From NCBI GenBank assembly GCA_028534125.1, contig CM052817.1:27716001-27780000 (forward strand): a stretch of DNA of 64,000 nucleotides. Reading direction: 5' to 3'. The stretch comes from Lama glama. Taxonomy: Eukaryota. A program made the translations under genes and the position numbers. Shown piece after piece: positions 62,421-64,000 of the stretch. Each line of letters starts with the position of its first letter. The first letter of the stretch is position 1. The notes beneath the pieces are model-generated. The model saw only the letters and a program-made list of their open reading frames with translations. It did no database searches and was not told the origin of the DNA.

Positions 62421-62899
62421 AAATGTAGGCATCTTTGTCATCCAAATTTAATCTTTTAAAAATGTGTTGGATTGCACATTTTCATATATTTCAATATACT
62501 GTATTGTTTTAAATTGGAAAAATAATGTGTCCCCATCCTATTCCAAAAACCCCAATCAATTTCTCCAAAAATCTCTCAAAACATCTGTAAACACCTGTAC
62601 AACTATCCACTAAAGACTTCTGGTTTAATGTAAAATATCTTAAACATCAATCATCTAATTGTTTAGCACTCAGTGAACTCCTTGTGGTTATAGTGCAGTA
62701 CACAGTGATACGGAAGAGCACTGGATATGAATCATGTTTTACTTCTACTGCAAAGAACGTACCCTCACAGTGCATCCCATTCAGACTGTGGCCATCAGTC
62801 CACTGTATGTGGTCATTCTCTAGATTTAAAAGATGTCATGCCATGTCCAGTGAAACAGTCCAGAACCAACAATTTCAAAATTTGTCTGCACTGATCAAG

Positions 62900-64000
62900 A
62901 GTAAGATGGTGGAGTAAGACGATCCTAAGCACACCTCCTCTGTGGACACACCAAAACTACAAGTGCATGTAGAGCAACTCTCCCTGAAAACAACCTGAAG
63001 ACCCGTGGAACAGATTTTCTACAACTGAGGCTATAAAGAAAAGGCCACGCTGAGATGGGTAGGAAGGGCAGAGACTCAGTTTGGTCAGAACCCACACCTC
63101 CCAGTGCAGTGGCCCACAAGCAGGAAGGATGTCGGTACCTTGGAGGTCCCCCCAAAGAGTGAGGGTCCTGTGCCCCACATTGGGAACCCCATCCCGGGGA
63201 ACCTACACTACAAAAATGAATCCCCATAATGTCTAGCTTTGAAAATCAACAGGGCTCATATCTGGGAGAGCCAGAGGGCTGCTGGCACCCAAGATTCTGC
63301 TCTCAAAGGGCTCATGCACAAACTCATTCACTCTAAGTCCCATCACAGAGGCAGCAGCTTGAAAAGTCCTTGGGTTGCATGGAGAGGAAATTCATTTGTT
63401 AATTTTGGGGCATGTCCTGAAGAGGCAGGGATCTGGTGGAACTTTCTCCAGGGATGGAATAGCTCACAGGCACTATTTTCTTTTTACTCTCCTTCTACCT
63501 AGCTGGCCTGGTGCTGGTGAATGCCATTTCTGTCATTCTCCATGAACCTAGATAATGCTGTGTGCCCAGTCCCAGTCCAGCCCACCCTGAGGGCCCACCC
63601 TATTCAACCTGCCCACCCAGGCTGGACCCCACAAACACCTTCTGCCCCACCCCACATGGTGGGCTACCCTGGCTGACAATGCTGCCTCTCCAAAGTGGCA
63701 CTCTTGAGGTCAAGCCCCACATACCAGCACACAACATTTACAAACGGGCCTTGCAGTTTGTCATGCCGGGAGCTAGTCTTGCACATTAGCACTGCAACCC
63801 AGTCACAGCCCAGCTGCAGCAGGAGAGCACACGTAGCCCACAAAGGGGATACCCCCAGAGCACGTGGCTCTGGTGACCAGGGGGATTGCACCCTTGAGCC
63901 CCACAGGACACCTTCTACATAAGGCCATTCTTTCAAGACTGGAAGACATCACTGATATACCTAATACATAGAAACAAATACAGAGAGACAAATGAGGAGA
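62900..64000 (+). mobile_element. L1 5'UTR (L1M2/M3-like) running to the probable ORF1 start at the window edge
   Basis: aagatggtggagtaag...ggacacaccaaaactacaa start; ctaatacatagaaacaaa...caaatgaggaga resembles the ORF1 start (MRR..). Confidence 0.75.

Overview
Mammalian (eutherian) non-coding genomic DNA, dense in interspersed repeats (L1, L2, L3/CR1, MIR, MaLR/ERVL LTRs, hAT and Tigger DNA transposons), with a 500-N assembly gap at 17842-18341. I recognised no intact protein-coding gene, RNA gene or CRISPR array. The listed ORFs appear to be chance or repeat-derived. The youngest L1 3' ends look laurasiatherian/cetartiodactyl, and I saw no ruminant, pig, whale, primate or carnivore SINEs, so a camelid is plausible (inference only). 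All recognised MaLR/ERVL LTRs are antisense to the + strand and a few + strand splice-flanked segments occur, which suggests a large intron of a + strand transcript. The most notable structure is a cluster of very old coding fossils at about 52.8-55.4 kb: a nearly full-length, MIR-interrupted hAT (Blackjack-type) transposase with a candidate right TIR, directly followed by a Ty3/Gypsy RNase H fossil, with a Gypsy-class (LTR85-like) LTR about 4 kb downstream. Also notable are a 10-copy minisatellite inside a Tigger3-like element that builds a tandem YY1-motif array, a Charlie transposase C-terminal fossil and a twin-primed (5'-inverted) L1. Repeat family names come from my recall of consensus sequences, not from a database search, and boundaries are approximate.
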